Program-made: the position numbers and the translations under genes
The notes under the pieces: generated by a model
The model's input: the letters and a program-made list of their open reading frames with translations, nothing else
Database searches by the model: none
What the model was told of the DNA's origin: nothing
In this document: positions 53,098-62,873 of the stretch, piece by piece
How the letters are laid out: every line of letters starts with the position of its first letter
Numbering within the stretch: position 1 is the first letter of the stretch
Assembly: GCA_021325135.1 (NCBI GenBank)
Contig: JAJPHT010000046.1
Coordinates: 32,001 to 96,000, forward strand
Length of the DNA: 64,000 bases
Direction of reading: 5' to 3'
Origin: Pseudomonadota bacterium
Lineage (GTDB): Archaea; Thermoplasmatota; SW-10-69-26; JACQPN01; JAJPHT01

Positions 53098-53496
53098 ATG
53101 TCCCTGCTCCAGACCAAGCTGAAGATCCTCGTCGGCCAGGAGATCGTCGTCGTCATGGAGGACAACCGCGCCTTCCGCGGCACCCTCATCGAGTTCGACG
53201 CCGAGACCCTGGTCCTGCGCAACGTCGTCGAGGCGCTGCCCAACAACGCCTCCGGCTGGGAGGAGCCCACCTCGTCCACGGGCATCGTCCAGAAGGTCGT
53301 CACGTGGCAGGGCGTCTTCAGCCACGAGAACACCAACGCGGACATCGTGAAGCTCAAGGACGTCATGATCCAGACGGCCCACGTGCTGCGCATCTGGGAG
53401 TGGAGCCTCAAGAACGTCGAGAAGCCCAGCCACGTCGAGATGGCGGGCAACTCCCCCGTCACCATGGCGGGCACGCGCGTCACGCGCAAGCCGTGA
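53098..53496 (+). CDS. Sm/Lsm-like protein with long loop and C-terminal extension
   Basis: Sm1 motif LVGQEIVVVMEDNRAFRGTLIEFDAETLVLRNVVE; Sm2-like DVMIQTAHVLRI; T-tract after the stop. Confidence 0.8.
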   Translation: MSLLQTKLKILVGQEIVVVMEDNRAFRGTLIEFDAETLVLRNVVEALPNNASGWEEPTSSTGIVQKVVTWQGVFSHENTNADIVKLKDVMIQTAHVLRIWEWSLKNVEKPSHVEMAGNSPVTMAGTRVTRKP

Positions 53497-53664
53497 GGCC
53501 GGGTCGGGATTCGTTTCTTTTTTCGCTTGCTTTCTTGGGGGGCTCCGCCCCCTCGCACCTTTCCAGGGCTCGATGATGGCGCTCGCGAGTTGAAGGGTAC
53601 CCTCGACGGCGGAGCGGTGAGATTATGGCGGCGCGCGCTGCTCCACGCCCGGAGTGCGAGGCCC

Positions 53665-55026
53665 ATGAGCAAGACAGGCAGGATCGAACGCAAGGTTGGA
53701 AGCGCACCGAAGACCGTCGCTCTCGTCGTCGCGCTCCTCGCGATCTCTCTCGCGCACCCCGCCGGGGCGTTGCCGCCATCGAGCGACGCCTCAGACCTGG
53801 ACGTCAAGGCGGTCGGCCTCGTTTCCATCTCGTCCGAGGGCAACGTTGGCGTCGGGTCGTGCACGAACGTTCCCATGGCGCTGACCCTCCGCGGAGGGGA
53901 GGCCAGCTTCACCTACGAGCAGACCCTTGGAGTCGGTGAGCCTGGCGGAACCGACGCCGCAGACCTCCCTTGCCTGACCGATTGGGCGGGCATGGGCCAA
54001 TGGCTGGTCTCGTCCTCTCTCCCGGACGATGCCTGCGCGAACCGGGCCGTGGCGTCGTCGGGCACGCTGACCCGCTCGGAAAACGACGTCCGGGTCGTGG
54101 CCACCCCGCCAGCCTGTCTCGGGAACTTCCAGAGCCTCAGCGTCCACCTCACGATCGCGAGCGACGCGGTCGACCTGCTGGAGACCGCCCACGAAGTGCT
54201 CTCGGACGGAACGCTCGCGAGCACGTGGACCGTGCAAGGGAGCCTTGTCCTCGTCCCCGAACCCACCGTTCCCACTGTTCCCACTGTTCCCACTGTTCCC
54301 CCCACCCCAGACGTCCTCCAGGCCATCCGCGACCTGCCCACCGTCGGGACCTCGGGCCCCCTCACGACGGCCACGATCTATCGCGCCGACGACGTCGCCT
54401 TCGCTCCCGCCGTGCCGCTCCCCCCTGCGGACGTGCCGGGGCAACAGACGCCCGACGACCCGGGCACGAGCTCCGTCCCCACGCCGCTTGGCCTGGGCGC
54501 CTCGCTCCAGGTCTGCGATTCGGGCTCCGCGACCGGGTGCGGCGCAGCAGGACCGCAGGGCTTCCTTTGCGTGGACCTCCATCTTGTTACGCCCAACGGC
54601 CCCACGAGGGTCCCTCTTGCCTGCGTGGAGAAGCGCCAGCTCCAGGGAGCGGACTCCCTCATCCCCCGCCAGGACGACCTTCCGCTCGTGGGGTCCACGC
54701 TCGTTCCCGGAACGCCGCCAGAGAACGTCCCCGATGCCCCCTCCGCGCCCGCGGGCTCGCTGGGTGGCACACCCCGTCTGAACGCCTCGGTCGACGCGAG
54801 CTACACGTATGCGGGCCAGCACCTGGGCCCCGGCTTCGGCGTTCTGGGCCACCCGGTCTGCCAGCCTTTCCTCGCCACGCCTGACGAGGCGCCATGGTTC
54901 CTCACGCACGGGTACGACCTCACGCTCGACGTGAAAGTGACGGCCTACGCGGACGGGACTGCGCTGGGGACGTGGAGCGGAAGCGTTCCCTGGTTGGGAC
55001 AGCTCGTCGCCGCGGCGAACTGCTGA
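53665..55026 (+). CDS. Secreted hypothetical protein with (PTV)4 linker
   Basis: Hydrophobic signal VALVVALLAISLAHPAGA; paired Cys; less GC3-biased codons. Confidence 0.7.
   Translation: MSKTGRIERKVGSAPKTVALVVALLAISLAHPAGALPPSSDASDLDVKAVGLVSISSEGNVGVGSCTNVPMALTLRGGEASFTYEQTLGVGEPGGTDAADLPCLTDWAGMGQWLVSSSLPDDACANRAVASSGTLTRSENDVRVVATPPACLGNFQSLSVHLTIASDAVDLLETAHEVLSDGTLASTWTVQGSLVLVPEPTVPTVPTVPTVPPTPDVLQAIRDLPTVGTSGPLTTATIYRADDVAFAPAVPLPPADVPGQQTPDDPGTSSVPTPLGLGASLQVCDSGSATGCGAAGPQGFLCVDLHLVTPNGPTRVPLACVEKRQLQGADSLIPRQDDLPLVGSTLVPGTPPENVPDAPSAPAGSLGGTPRLNASVDASYTYAGQHLGPGFGVLGHPVCQPFLATPDEAPWFLTHGYDLTLDVKVTAYADGTALGTWSGSVPWLGQLVAAANC
54262..54300 (+). repeat. 9-bp tandem repeat (CCCACYGTT)x4
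   Basis: In-frame Pro-Thr-Val repeats. Confidence 0.95.
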
Positions 55027-55034
55027 AAGCGCCC

Positions 55035-56189
55035 TTACCCGCCGCTCACCGGGACGAGCGTGAAGCAGAGGACGCCCATGACGAAGGTGGCCCATCCGAT
55101 GATGAGGCGCTTGCGGTCGATGCCGCTGACGCCGTCCAGCGTGGGGGGGTGGCGCACGCCGAGGAATCCAATGAGGAGCGCGAAGAAGAGCCAGCCGTCG
55201 TAGCCGGGGAGCCCGAGTAGGGGCGAGAGGCCGAGGCCCAGGAGGCCCACCACCGCGGCGTAGCTGGCGAAGCGGGCGCGGTCGCCGAACATGGCGCTGG
55301 CGATGTGGCCGCCGTCGAGCTGGCCCGCGGGGAGGAGGTTGATGGCGGTGACGAAGAGGCCCACCCAGCCCGCGAAGGCCGTGGGGTGCGTCAGCGCGTT
55401 GGCGGGGAGGTGGAACGGCGTCGCGAGGAGGTCGTAGAGGAGGGGCGTGCCGATGGTGACGCTGCCGGGCTCGTTGGCCGCGACGAGGACGGGGTGCGCC
55501 GCCATGAGGGCGAGGCCGATGAGCAGCACGGGCACCGCGACGAAGAAGCCGGCGATGGGCCCCGCGGCCCCGATGTCAAACAGGGCCTTGCGGTTGGGCA
55601 TGGGCTCGCGCATGCCGATGAAGGCTCCGAACGTGCCGATGTTGAGCCCCAGGCCCGGGGGCACGGGGATGAAGAAGGGGAGCGAGGCGTCCATGCCGTG
55701 GCGCCGGGTCATGACGTAGTGGCCCATCTCGTGGATGGTGAGGATCGCCATGAGGGGCAGCGCGAAGGTGAGGAAGCCCAGGCCGACGCTCTGGGCGCTG
55801 AAGACGGCCTTCACGTACTCCAGCTGCGTGACGTTGGACGTGTCGAAGTCGTGATGATAGTAGGAGAACGCGCTGAAGGCGCCGGCCAGCGTGGTGGTGA
55901 CGACGGTCAGCGCGAAGAGGATGGCGTTGAGCTTCCAGCCGCGGCGCGTGCGCGTGGGGTTGCGCACGACGTAGATGGCGTGCTCGCCCCCCTGGTACTT
56001 CAGCAGGGGGAGGAGGCCCTCGGGCTTCAGGTCGCGCTTCAAGGCCTCGAAGTCGGTCTCCAGCGAGCCGTCGGTCGCGTGCACGAAGAACGCGATCACG
56101 TTCTCGTCGCCCTGCACGTCGTAGACGCGGAAGCGCTGCTCGACGCGGGCGCGGATGGCCGGCACGTCGAGGAAGACCCCATCGGGCAC
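55035..56189 (-). CDS. Site-2 protease (M50) family membrane metalloprotease
   Basis: HEMGH, GTFGA, DIGAAGP, NLLPAGQLDGGH; TTAA box about 25 nt upstream (leaderless). Confidence 0.93.
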   Translation of the reverse strand: MPDGVFLDVPAIRARVEQRFRVYDVQGDENVIAFFVHATDGSLETDFEALKRDLKPEGLLPLLKYQGGEHAIYVVRNPTRTRRGWKLNAILFALTVVTTTLAGAFSAFSYYHHDFDTSNVTQLEYVKAVFSAQSVGLGFLTFALPLMAILTIHEMGHYVMTRRHGMDASLPFFIPVPPGLGLNIGTFGAFIGMREPMPNRKALFDIGAAGPIAGFFVAVPVLLIGLALMAAHPVLVAANEPGSVTIGTPLLYDLLATPFHLPANALTHPTAFAGWVGLFVTAINLLPAGQLDGGHIASAMFGDRARFASYAAVVGLLGLGLSPLLGLPGYDGWLFFALLIGFLGVRHPPTLDGVSGIDRKRLIIGWATFVMGVLCFTLVPVSGG

Positions 56190-56229
56190 GGGGGGTCCCT
56201 AAGCCCGCCGCCACTTAAGGGTTGGGGCC

Positions 56230-57414
56230 TTAGGCCAGGTGCCGCTGGAGAATGGGTCCCGCCTTGGCGGGCGCGGCGTCGCGCTTGGCGGCGGGCACCA
56301 TGACGCGCAGGCGCCAGTGGTCGCGCTGCGCGACGCCCAGCCCCCGCACGAGGCTGCTCACCGCGTCCACGTCGACCACGCGGCCGCTCTCCAGCACGAC
56401 GCGCGCGCTGTGCTCGGGGAGGATGGGGGGCTCGGGCACGTCCACGATCACGTCCACCGGCGAGCAGCCCAGCGCGGCGGCGATCTCCGCCTCCAGGGCC
56501 TGCTGGCGCTTGGTGCTGGCGGCCAACTCGGTGATGGCGTCCTCGCGGTAGTCGCCCATGGGCTCCTCCAGCGCGACCTTCAGCAGCTTGCGGTGGTCGA
56601 CGGCCAGCATGATGCGCCATGCGTCGGACTTGGTGCAGTGGCGCAGCAGAAACGTCGCCGCGAGGTCGTCCATGCGGGGGAGGTCCTCGGGCTTGATCTC
56701 GCCCCCGTCCAGGGCGAGGCGGAAGGCGCGCTCGATCATGCGCTCGCCCACGCGGCACGTGCGATGCAGGTAGACCGCGGCGTACATCTGCAGCCGCGTG
56801 ACGAGGAGCATCTCCGCCGCGGTGATGCTGCTCTCGCGGATGGCGATGCCCTGCGGCGTGAGCACGAGGTCCTGCACCAGCCGCTCCAGGTCCACGCCGA
56901 TGTGGACGCCGGTGTAGTGCGAGTCGCGCACGAGGTAGTCCATGCGGTCCACGTCCACGTCGCCCGAGACGAGGCTGCCCAGCGGGCCCTCGCCGCGCAC
57001 GAGGTCCGCCACCAGGCGCGGGTCGACGCCGTGGCGCTGGAGCACCTCGGGGATGGCTCCCTTCTGGAGCGCCTCGATGGCGAGGTCCTCGTGGCTCTTG
57101 CCCAGGTAGTCCCGATAAAGAGGGTCCGCCGTGTGGCTGAAGGGTCCGTGCCCCACGTCGTGGAGGAGCGCCGCGGCCTGGACGGCCCGCGCGTCGTCGC
57201 GCTTCAATTCCAGCGCGGCGGCGGCGCGGCCCGCCAGGTGCCACGCGCCCAGGGAGTGCTCGAAGCGCGTGTGGTTCGCGCCGGGATACACGAGGTTCCC
57301 CGTGCCAAGCTGGTGGATGCGCCGCAGCCTCTGGAGGCGCGGGAGGTCCACCAGGTCCGAGCCCAGCTCGTCGAGGAGGATGTAGTTGTGGATGGGGTCG
57401 CGGACCCGGAGCAC
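56230..57414 (-). CDS. HD-domain dNTP triphosphohydrolase-like protein
   Basis: RDPIH, QRLRRIHQLG, HTRFEHSLG, LLHDVGHGPFSH, DVDRMDYL.RD, VYLH. Confidence 0.93.
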   Translation of the reverse strand: MLRVRDPIHNYILLDELGSDLVDLPRLQRLRRIHQLGTGNLVYPGANHTRFEHSLGAWHLAGRAAAALELKRDDARAVQAAALLHDVGHGPFSHTADPLYRDYLGKSHEDLAIEALQKGAIPEVLQRHGVDPRLVADLVRGEGPLGSLVSGDVDVDRMDYLVRDSHYTGVHIGVDLERLVQDLVLTPQGIAIRESSITAAEMLLVTRLQMYAAVYLHRTCRVGERMIERAFRLALDGGEIKPEDLPRMDDLAATFLLRHCTKSDAWRIMLAVDHRKLLKVALEEPMGDYREDAITELAASTKRQQALEAEIAAALGCSPVDVIVDVPEPPILPEHSARVVLESGRVVDVDAVSSLVRGLGVAQRDHWRLRVMVPAAKRDAAPAKAGPILQRHLA

Positions 57415-57473
57415 GAGGCGGAAGAGGCCGGGCCTGCGCTTGAGGTTAGCCCCTTCCGCCCCGACGCGCCGGC

Positions 57474-58547
57474 TCAGGAATCGGCCGCCAGCGTCCCCGC
57501 GCTGAACGGGGCCTGGAGGAACAGCCAGTAGCCGTCGTCTCCGCCGTGGGTGTAGCAGGCGCCCGGGCCCCAGATGGTGGCCCACGCGCTGAGGCAGTCG
57601 TTCGAGTCCGTGCTGGGCGTGATGGCTCCGTCCACCTGGCAGGAGATGGTCGCGCCCGTCGTGGGGTCCGCGATGACCACGGGGCCCGCGGTGTCGTCAA
57701 CGCCGAAGGCGCCGGCCACCGCGAAGCCGGTGATGTCCGAGGCGATTCCGCTGGTGGAGTGCACATTCAGGCCGTAGCCGCAACCGTCGGCCGCGTCCCA
57801 CTGGTCGCTGCTGCCGAAGAAGCCCCCGGCGTCGCCCACGTCGTAGTCGCCGTCGAAGTCGCCGGGAGTGCCGTCGCCGTTGCAGTCCTGCACGTTGGAG
57901 TCGGCCACGCTCACCGGCGTCGTGCCGGGAGCCTCCGAGACCTTCGCGAGGAACGGGGGGCGGCCGGCGGGCCCGCCGTACGTGTGGATGGACTGGATCG
58001 CGTTGCAGCCGCCGTTGGGCGGAGGGGGGCTGCCGTGGACGTTGACGTCGCAGAAGACCCAGTAGTCCGCGCTGCCGGCCCCCACGAGCCCGCTCTCGTT
58101 GGCCACGCACGTCCACGGCGTGACCCCGTTGCCCGTGACGAAGGCGCTGTAGCCCGGGTCGGAGAAGGGGAGGGCGAGGGGTTGCGTGGCGGAGAGGGGG
58201 CCGCAGGCCGAGGTCACCGTGAGGACGCCGGCGCCGGCCGCGGCGTGATAGCCCCCGGCGTCGACCTCCGCGCAGTCCTCGGGGAGGGGGGAGCCGGAGG
58301 GCACGCAGGAGATGCCCGGGTCCGGGCTGGAGAGCGTCGCGCCCGAGGAGACGGCCGCATGGGTGTGGACGTCCACGCAGTCGTACCCCGCCGGGGCCGC
58401 CAGGAGGAAGACACCCTGGTTGGCGAAGCGGTGGATCGTCGCGTGGGCGGTGGGCGCGTCGCTGGCGGACGCGAAGGGTGTGAGGGCGCAGAAGGCCCCC
58501 AGCAGGATCAGCGGAACCAGCAAGGAAGGAAGGGCAAGGCGCGGCAT
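57474..58547 (-). CDS. Secreted Cys-rich two-domain protein, tandem paralog A
   Basis: Signal peptide; DCNGDGTPGDFDGDYDVG; YWVFCD; GGDDGYWLFL. Confidence 0.8.
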   Translation of the reverse strand: MPRLALPSLLVPLILLGAFCALTPFASASDAPTAHATIHRFANQGVFLLAAPAGYDCVDVHTHAAVSSGATLSSPDPGISCVPSGSPLPEDCAEVDAGGYHAAAGAGVLTVTSACGPLSATQPLALPFSDPGYSAFVTGNGVTPWTCVANESGLVGAGSADYWVFCDVNVHGSPPPPNGGCNAIQSIHTYGGPAGRPPFLAKVSEAPGTTPVSVADSNVQDCNGDGTPGDFDGDYDVGDAGGFFGSSDQWDAADGCGYGLNVHSTSGIASDITGFAVAGAFGVDDTAGPVVIADPTTGATISCQVDGAITPSTDSNDCLSAWATIWGPGACYTHGGDDGYWLFLQAPFSAGTLAADS

Positions 58548-58635
58548 GCGGCTCCCACAGAAGTTACCCCCGGCCAATGCTTTTCTGGAGGAAACTTGTG
58601 GGAAACCACTAGCATATGGAGCCTTTTCCACGCGC

Positions 58636-59700
58636 TCACGTCGTCGCCGTCAGCGTCCCCGTGGTGAACGGGGGCTGCAGGAAGAGCCAGTAGCCGTCGT
58701 CGCCGCCGGAGGCGGGGCACGGGCCGGGGCTCCAGGTGCCGACCCACGCGTGGAGGCAGTCGCTGGCCGTGGTCATGGGCGTGATGCTGCCGTCGGTCTG
58801 GCACGAGACGGTCGCGCCGGTGTTGGGGTCCGTGACGACGCTGGGGCCGTTGGCGTCGTCGACGCCGTAGAAGCCGGCGACGACCGCTCCGCTGGAGTCC
58901 GAGGCCGTGCCCGTGGTGGCGTGGACGTTGAGGCCGTAGCCGCAGTTGTCCGTCACGTCCCACGCGTCGGACGAGCCGAAGAAGCCGCCCGCGTCGCCGG
59001 TGTCGTAGTCGCCGTCGAAGTCGCCGGGGATGGCATCGCCGTTGCAGTCGTCGAGGTTGGAGTCGCTCACGTGCACCGTCTGCGCGCCGGGCGCCGCGGC
59101 GGACTCCGAGAGAATCGGCGAGCGCGGGAAGAACGCGCCGTAGGTGTGCGTGGCCTGGGGGGCGAGGCACCCGCCCTGGGCGGGCTGCGGGATGGGGAGG
59201 TTCAGGTCGCAGAAGACCCAGTAGTCCGTCGCGTTGGGGGCGCTCAGGAGCGCGCTCTCGTCCGCGACGCACGTCCAGGGCGTCTCGCCGTTGCCCAGGA
59301 CGAACGTGCTGTGCCCGGGGTCGCTGAAGGGGAGGACGAGGGCCTGGGAGGCGCTCAGCGCGCCGCACGCGGAGGTCACGGTGAGGACGCCCGCGCCCGC
59401 GACGGCGTGATAGCCCCCCGCGTCGACCTCGCTGCACGTCTCGGGGCCCGCGGCGCCGGAGGGCGAGCACGAGACGCCGGGGCTGGGGCTCGCGAGGACG
59501 CTGCCGCGCGCCACGGGAGCGCCCGTGTGGACGTCCACGCAGTCGTAGCCCACGGGGGAGACCAGCAGGAGCGCGCCCGCGCTGGGGAAGTGGTGCATCG
59601 TGACGTGCGCCGCGGGCGCGGCCGTGGCGCCCGCCGGGGACGCGACCAGGGCGACGCTCGCGAGAAGGAGAAGGGCCGCCAGCGCGGAAGATCGGGTCAT
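58636..59700 (-). CDS. Secreted Cys-rich two-domain protein, tandem paralog B
   Basis: Collinear with paralog A (GYDCVDVHT, EVDAGGYHA, DCNGD..PGDFDGDYD, CGYGLNVH). Confidence 0.8.
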   Translation of the reverse strand: MTRSSALAALLLLASVALVASPAGATAAPAAHVTMHHFPSAGALLLVSPVGYDCVDVHTGAPVARGSVLASPSPGVSCSPSGAAGPETCSEVDAGGYHAVAGAGVLTVTSACGALSASQALVLPFSDPGHSTFVLGNGETPWTCVADESALLSAPNATDYWVFCDLNLPIPQPAQGGCLAPQATHTYGAFFPRSPILSESAAAPGAQTVHVSDSNLDDCNGDAIPGDFDGDYDTGDAGGFFGSSDAWDVTDNCGYGLNVHATTGTASDSSGAVVAGFYGVDDANGPSVVTDPNTGATVSCQTDGSITPMTTASDCLHAWVGTWSPGPCPASGGDDGYWLFLQPPFTTGTLTATT

Positions 59701-59798
59701 GCGGGCGCCGCCAGCGCCAAGGGAAGGAAATGCCCTTGCGGAGGAATCGCGTGAAACGCGCCGAAAACGCCTTGCGTGCCGGGCCGGCATGGCCCTCC

Positions 59799-60491
59799 GT
59801 GAGCGCGTTCCGCTGGCTGGACCCGCCCCGCGTCGTCGGCCACCGGGGCAACCCCGCCGAGGCGACGGAGAACACCCTGGAGTCGTTCCGCCTCGCGCTG
59901 GAGGCCGGCGTGCGCGCGGTGGAGCTTGACGTGCGCATGACGCGCGACGGCGAGCTCGTGGTCCACCACGACGCGGAATTGGGCCGCGTCGTCCCGGGCG
60001 CGGGGCTCGTGGAGGAGCTTCGCCGCTCCGATATCCCCGAGGTCGTGCCCGGCCTCGCCGAGGTGCTCACGCGCCTGCCCTCCGACGTGCTCGTGGACGC
60101 GGAGATCAAGGCCGACGCCGCCAACGCGGAGGAGGTCCCCGCGCGCCTCGCTGCGCTGGTGGATGCGTGCGACGCGCGGGAGCGCGTGCTGGCGACGAGC
60201 TTCGCGCCGGAATTGGCCGACGCCTACGCCGCCCTCGCGCAGCGCCCCGGCGGCATGATCCTCCCCTTCCCGCCCGACGAGGAGATGCTCGCGGAGTGGC
60301 CGCGCCTGCCCTTCGTCATGATGGCCTCCGACGCCGCGATCCCCGAGGCGTTGGCGCTTGTGAGGAAGCGCGGCGGCGTGCCGTGCGTGTGGACGGTGAA
60401 CGACGCGCGCGAGGCGGAGGCGCTCCTCGCCGCCGGCGCGGCGTCCATCATCACGGACCGGCCGCGGTCGCTGGCGGCGCGTCTGCGCTGA
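59799..60491 (+). CDS. glpQ: Glycerophosphodiester phosphodiesterase
   Basis: VVGHRG..ENTLESF, ELDV..TRDG.LVVHHD, EIK, WTVND, IITDRP. Confidence 0.92.
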   Translation: MSAFRWLDPPRVVGHRGNPAEATENTLESFRLALEAGVRAVELDVRMTRDGELVVHHDAELGRVVPGAGLVEELRRSDIPEVVPGLAEVLTRLPSDVLVDAEIKADAANAEEVPARLAALVDACDARERVLATSFAPELADAYAALAQRPGGMILPFPPDEEMLAEWPRLPFVMMASDAAIPEALALVRKRGGVPCVWTVNDAREAEALLAAGAASIITDRPRSLAARLR

Positions 60492-61293
60492 GGCGCGTCT
60501 GCCGCGCGCCCGCCAGCGTCTGCGCGCTGAGGCGGTCCACCGCGAGGCGCGCCAGGGGCTCCAGGTTCGCGAAGTCCGCCACGTTGTACGCGACCAGGGT
60601 GCCCAGCGCGTCGGCGTCGCCGCGGTCGGCCCAGCGGCGCCACAGCTTCACCGCGTCCCACCCCGAGAGGCCCGCCAGGTGCCCGGTGCGGCCGAAGCCC
60701 AGCGTCTCCTCGATCTTCTTGAGGCCGCCGGTGAGGCCCACGCGGGCGCAGACGACGCGCAGGTCCACGTGGGGCGCCGCCGGGAGGGGCACGCCCTCGT
60801 TGGCCAGGACGGGGAGGTCGAAGGAGGCGCCGTTGAACGTGACGACGCAGGAGGCCCCCGCCAGCGCGCGGCCCACGGCCTCCGGCGTGTAGGGCTCGCC
60901 GCCCGCCGCCGCGACCTCCTCCGCGTCGCCGGAGCGCACGCGCCGCACAAACGCGCGGTCCTTGCCGCCGCGGCGCACGCCCACGACGGTGACGAGGTTG
61001 TCGCGGTCGCCCGTGGTCTCGATGTCCACGTAGGCCACGTCGTGGCCGAAGGCCTCGAAGCAGCGCCAGTGCTCGGGCTGCGGCAGGAGGCGCGCGAAGA
61101 ACTGCGGCTCGCGGCCCAGGCACGACTCGGCGACGGCGAGGATCTCGTCGTGCTGCGCCTTCACGCGGGGGCGGATGCCCTGCACGCGGGGAAGCTCGCG
61201 GTAGCTCGTCCACGAATCGACGCCCTTCTTCCAGAGGCGCGCCTCCCGGACGGGGCCGATGCCGGGCAGGAAGAGGAACGAGCGTGCGAGCAC
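60451..61293 (-). CDS. YprB-like RNase H-fold (DEDD) exonuclease
   Basis: LPGIG (HhH-like), YVDIETTG, VTFNGASFDLP, HVDLR, GGLKKIE, YNVAD. Confidence 0.88.
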   Translation of the reverse strand: MLARSFLFLPGIGPVREARLWKKGVDSWTSYRELPRVQGIRPRVKAQHDEILAVAESCLGREPQFFARLLPQPEHWRCFEAFGHDVAYVDIETTGDRDNLVTVVGVRRGGKDRAFVRRVRSGDAEEVAAAGGEPYTPEAVGRALAGASCVVTFNGASFDLPVLANEGVPLPAAPHVDLRVVCARVGLTGGLKKIEETLGFGRTGHLAGLSGWDAVKLWRRWADRGDADALGTLVAYNVADFANLEPLARLAVDRLSAQTLAGARQTRLSADAPPATAAGP

Positions 61294-61336
61294 GATGCCG
61301 CAACGAGGGCGGGGGCTCCACCTGAAGCTTTCCCCA

Positions 61337-62311
61337 GTGGAGGGGCCCCGGGACTGGCGGCCTTACGTCCTCGCGCCCCTTTTCCGGCGCGTGGACGGCC
61401 TCTCCCACGTCGCGAAGCGCCTCGCGGACACGCTGGGGCGCCTCCCCCGCGAGACGCCCGCGCTGCGGGCGTTCGCCCCCGGCGAGGCGCCGCGCCGCGT
61501 CGTGGCGGTGGACGGCTCCAGCGTCGTCGTGGCCGAGGCGGGCGACCTCCTGGTGGGCGCGCACCGCGCGGCGCGCGTCGCGCTGGAGCGCGGCCAGCCG
61601 CGCCCCGCCGAGCCCCGCGCGCCCGAGGTCGTGCTGCTGACCCCCGACGACGCGCACCGCGTGGTGGGCGAGCGCCTGGGCTCGCCCGTGCCGCCCCTGG
61701 CGCCCGCCGAGGCGCTCCACGCCCTGCGCACGCTGGGCGAGCTGGCCGCCGCGCGCGACGCCCTCGCCACGCTGGACGCGGGCGACCTGCTCCTCCTGGA
61801 TGGCGCGCTGACGGGCACGCTGACGCTCCCCGTCGTGGACGCCCTGCTGGCGGAGGCCGCGAAGCGCCAGGTCGACGTGGTGGGCGTCTGCAAGTCCACG
61901 CGCCTGCGCTTGGGCGCCGCGCCCGCGCTTGCCGCCTGCCACCGCGCGGGGCGCTCCTTCGCGAGCCCCACGTGGATGGCGCCCCTGCCCCCCGCCCCCG
62001 CCGCCCGCGGCCGCGCCTGGGCCGCCCGCCTCTCGCCCGGCGAGGAGCGCGTCTTCCGCTTCGACGTGCAGGCGCGCGACGGCGACGACGCGCGCGTCCT
62101 CGCGGGCCTCGCCGCGCTGGCGGGGCACCCGGCGTACCCCGGCTACCCCAGCCCCCTGGCCATGGCGCACAACGCGGCGCTGATCCCCGAGGAGGAGAAG
62201 CGGCGCCTCCGCTCCCGCCTCGTGGATGCCATGCTCGACGCCGGCCTGGAGGCGCCCCTCGCAGAGGCGGCCTTCTTGGACTACCACGACGTGCTGGAGC
62301 TCGGAGCCTGA
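61337..62311 (+). CDS. nurA: NurA-family 5'-3' nuclease
   Basis: VAVDGS, RTLGE, LLLDGAL, VGVCKS, GYP.PL.MAHN. Start uncertain (GTG 61337 or ATG 61295). Confidence 0.82.
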   Translation: MEGPRDWRPYVLAPLFRRVDGLSHVAKRLADTLGRLPRETPALRAFAPGEAPRRVVAVDGSSVVVAEAGDLLVGAHRAARVALERGQPRPAEPRAPEVVLLTPDDAHRVVGERLGSPVPPLAPAEALHALRTLGELAAARDALATLDAGDLLLLDGALTGTLTLPVVDALLAEAAKRQVDVVGVCKSTRLRLGAAPALAACHRAGRSFASPTWMAPLPPAPAARGRAWAARLSPGEERVFRFDVQARDGDDARVLAGLAALAGHPAYPGYPSPLAMAHNAALIPEEEKRRLRSRLVDAMLDAGLEAPLAEAAFLDYHDVLELGA

Positions 62312-62312
62312 C

Positions 62313-62873
62313 ATGCCTAGCGCGGCCGTCCACGGCGCGATCCCCCTCCTCTTCCTCCTCGCGCTGCGCCGCCTCGACGCGCGGAAGATCTGGATCCTCT
62401 GGCCCCTCACGTTCCTGCCGGACCTGGACTACTTCCTGGGCTTCCACCGCGCGACGTTCACCAACGTCTTCGTGCTGATCCCCTTCCTCGCGCTTCTCGC
62501 CTGGTGGCTGTGCCCCGGCCACCGCGACTGGGCCAAGGCCGAGTGGGTCCTCATCGCGCTCGTGTATCTGGTGAGCCACATCGTCATGGACGCGCTCACC
62601 GGCGGCGTCGTGCTGTTCTACCCCGTGAGCGACTTCACCTACTGCTACACGGCGGAGATCGACATCGTGACCAAGACGAACACGCCCTACTTCGACGTGG
62701 GCCCCTGCAGCCACGAGGGGATCCCCCAGGTGACGCCGCTCTACCCCTGGCTCACCAACAACGACGCGGCGATGCTGGCCTTCCTCGTCCCCGCGGGCCT
62801 CCTGGCCGCCTCGTGGAACGCCTGGCGGCTCCTCCAGGCCCGCCGGGCATCGTCAGCCCCCGAGAACGAGTAG
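62313..62873 (+). CDS. Membrane metal-dependent hydrolase (YdjM-like)
   Basis: M....H, LPDLD, HRATF, SHIVMD, GV.LFYP. Confidence 0.82.
   Translation: MPSAAVHGAIPLLFLLALRRLDARKIWILWPLTFLPDLDYFLGFHRATFTNVFVLIPFLALLAWWLCPGHRDWAKAEWVLIALVYLVSHIVMDALTGGVVLFYPVSDFTYCYTAEIDIVTKTNTPYFDVGPCSHEGIPQVTPLYPWLTNNDAAMLAFLVPAGLLAASWNAWRLLQARRASSAPENE

Noticed and set aside
54262-54300. CRISPR-like or contingency repeat
   Set aside because: Spacer-less 9-bp in-frame repeat encoding a Pro-Thr-Val linker; no cas genes and no repeat-spacer array anywhere in the window.
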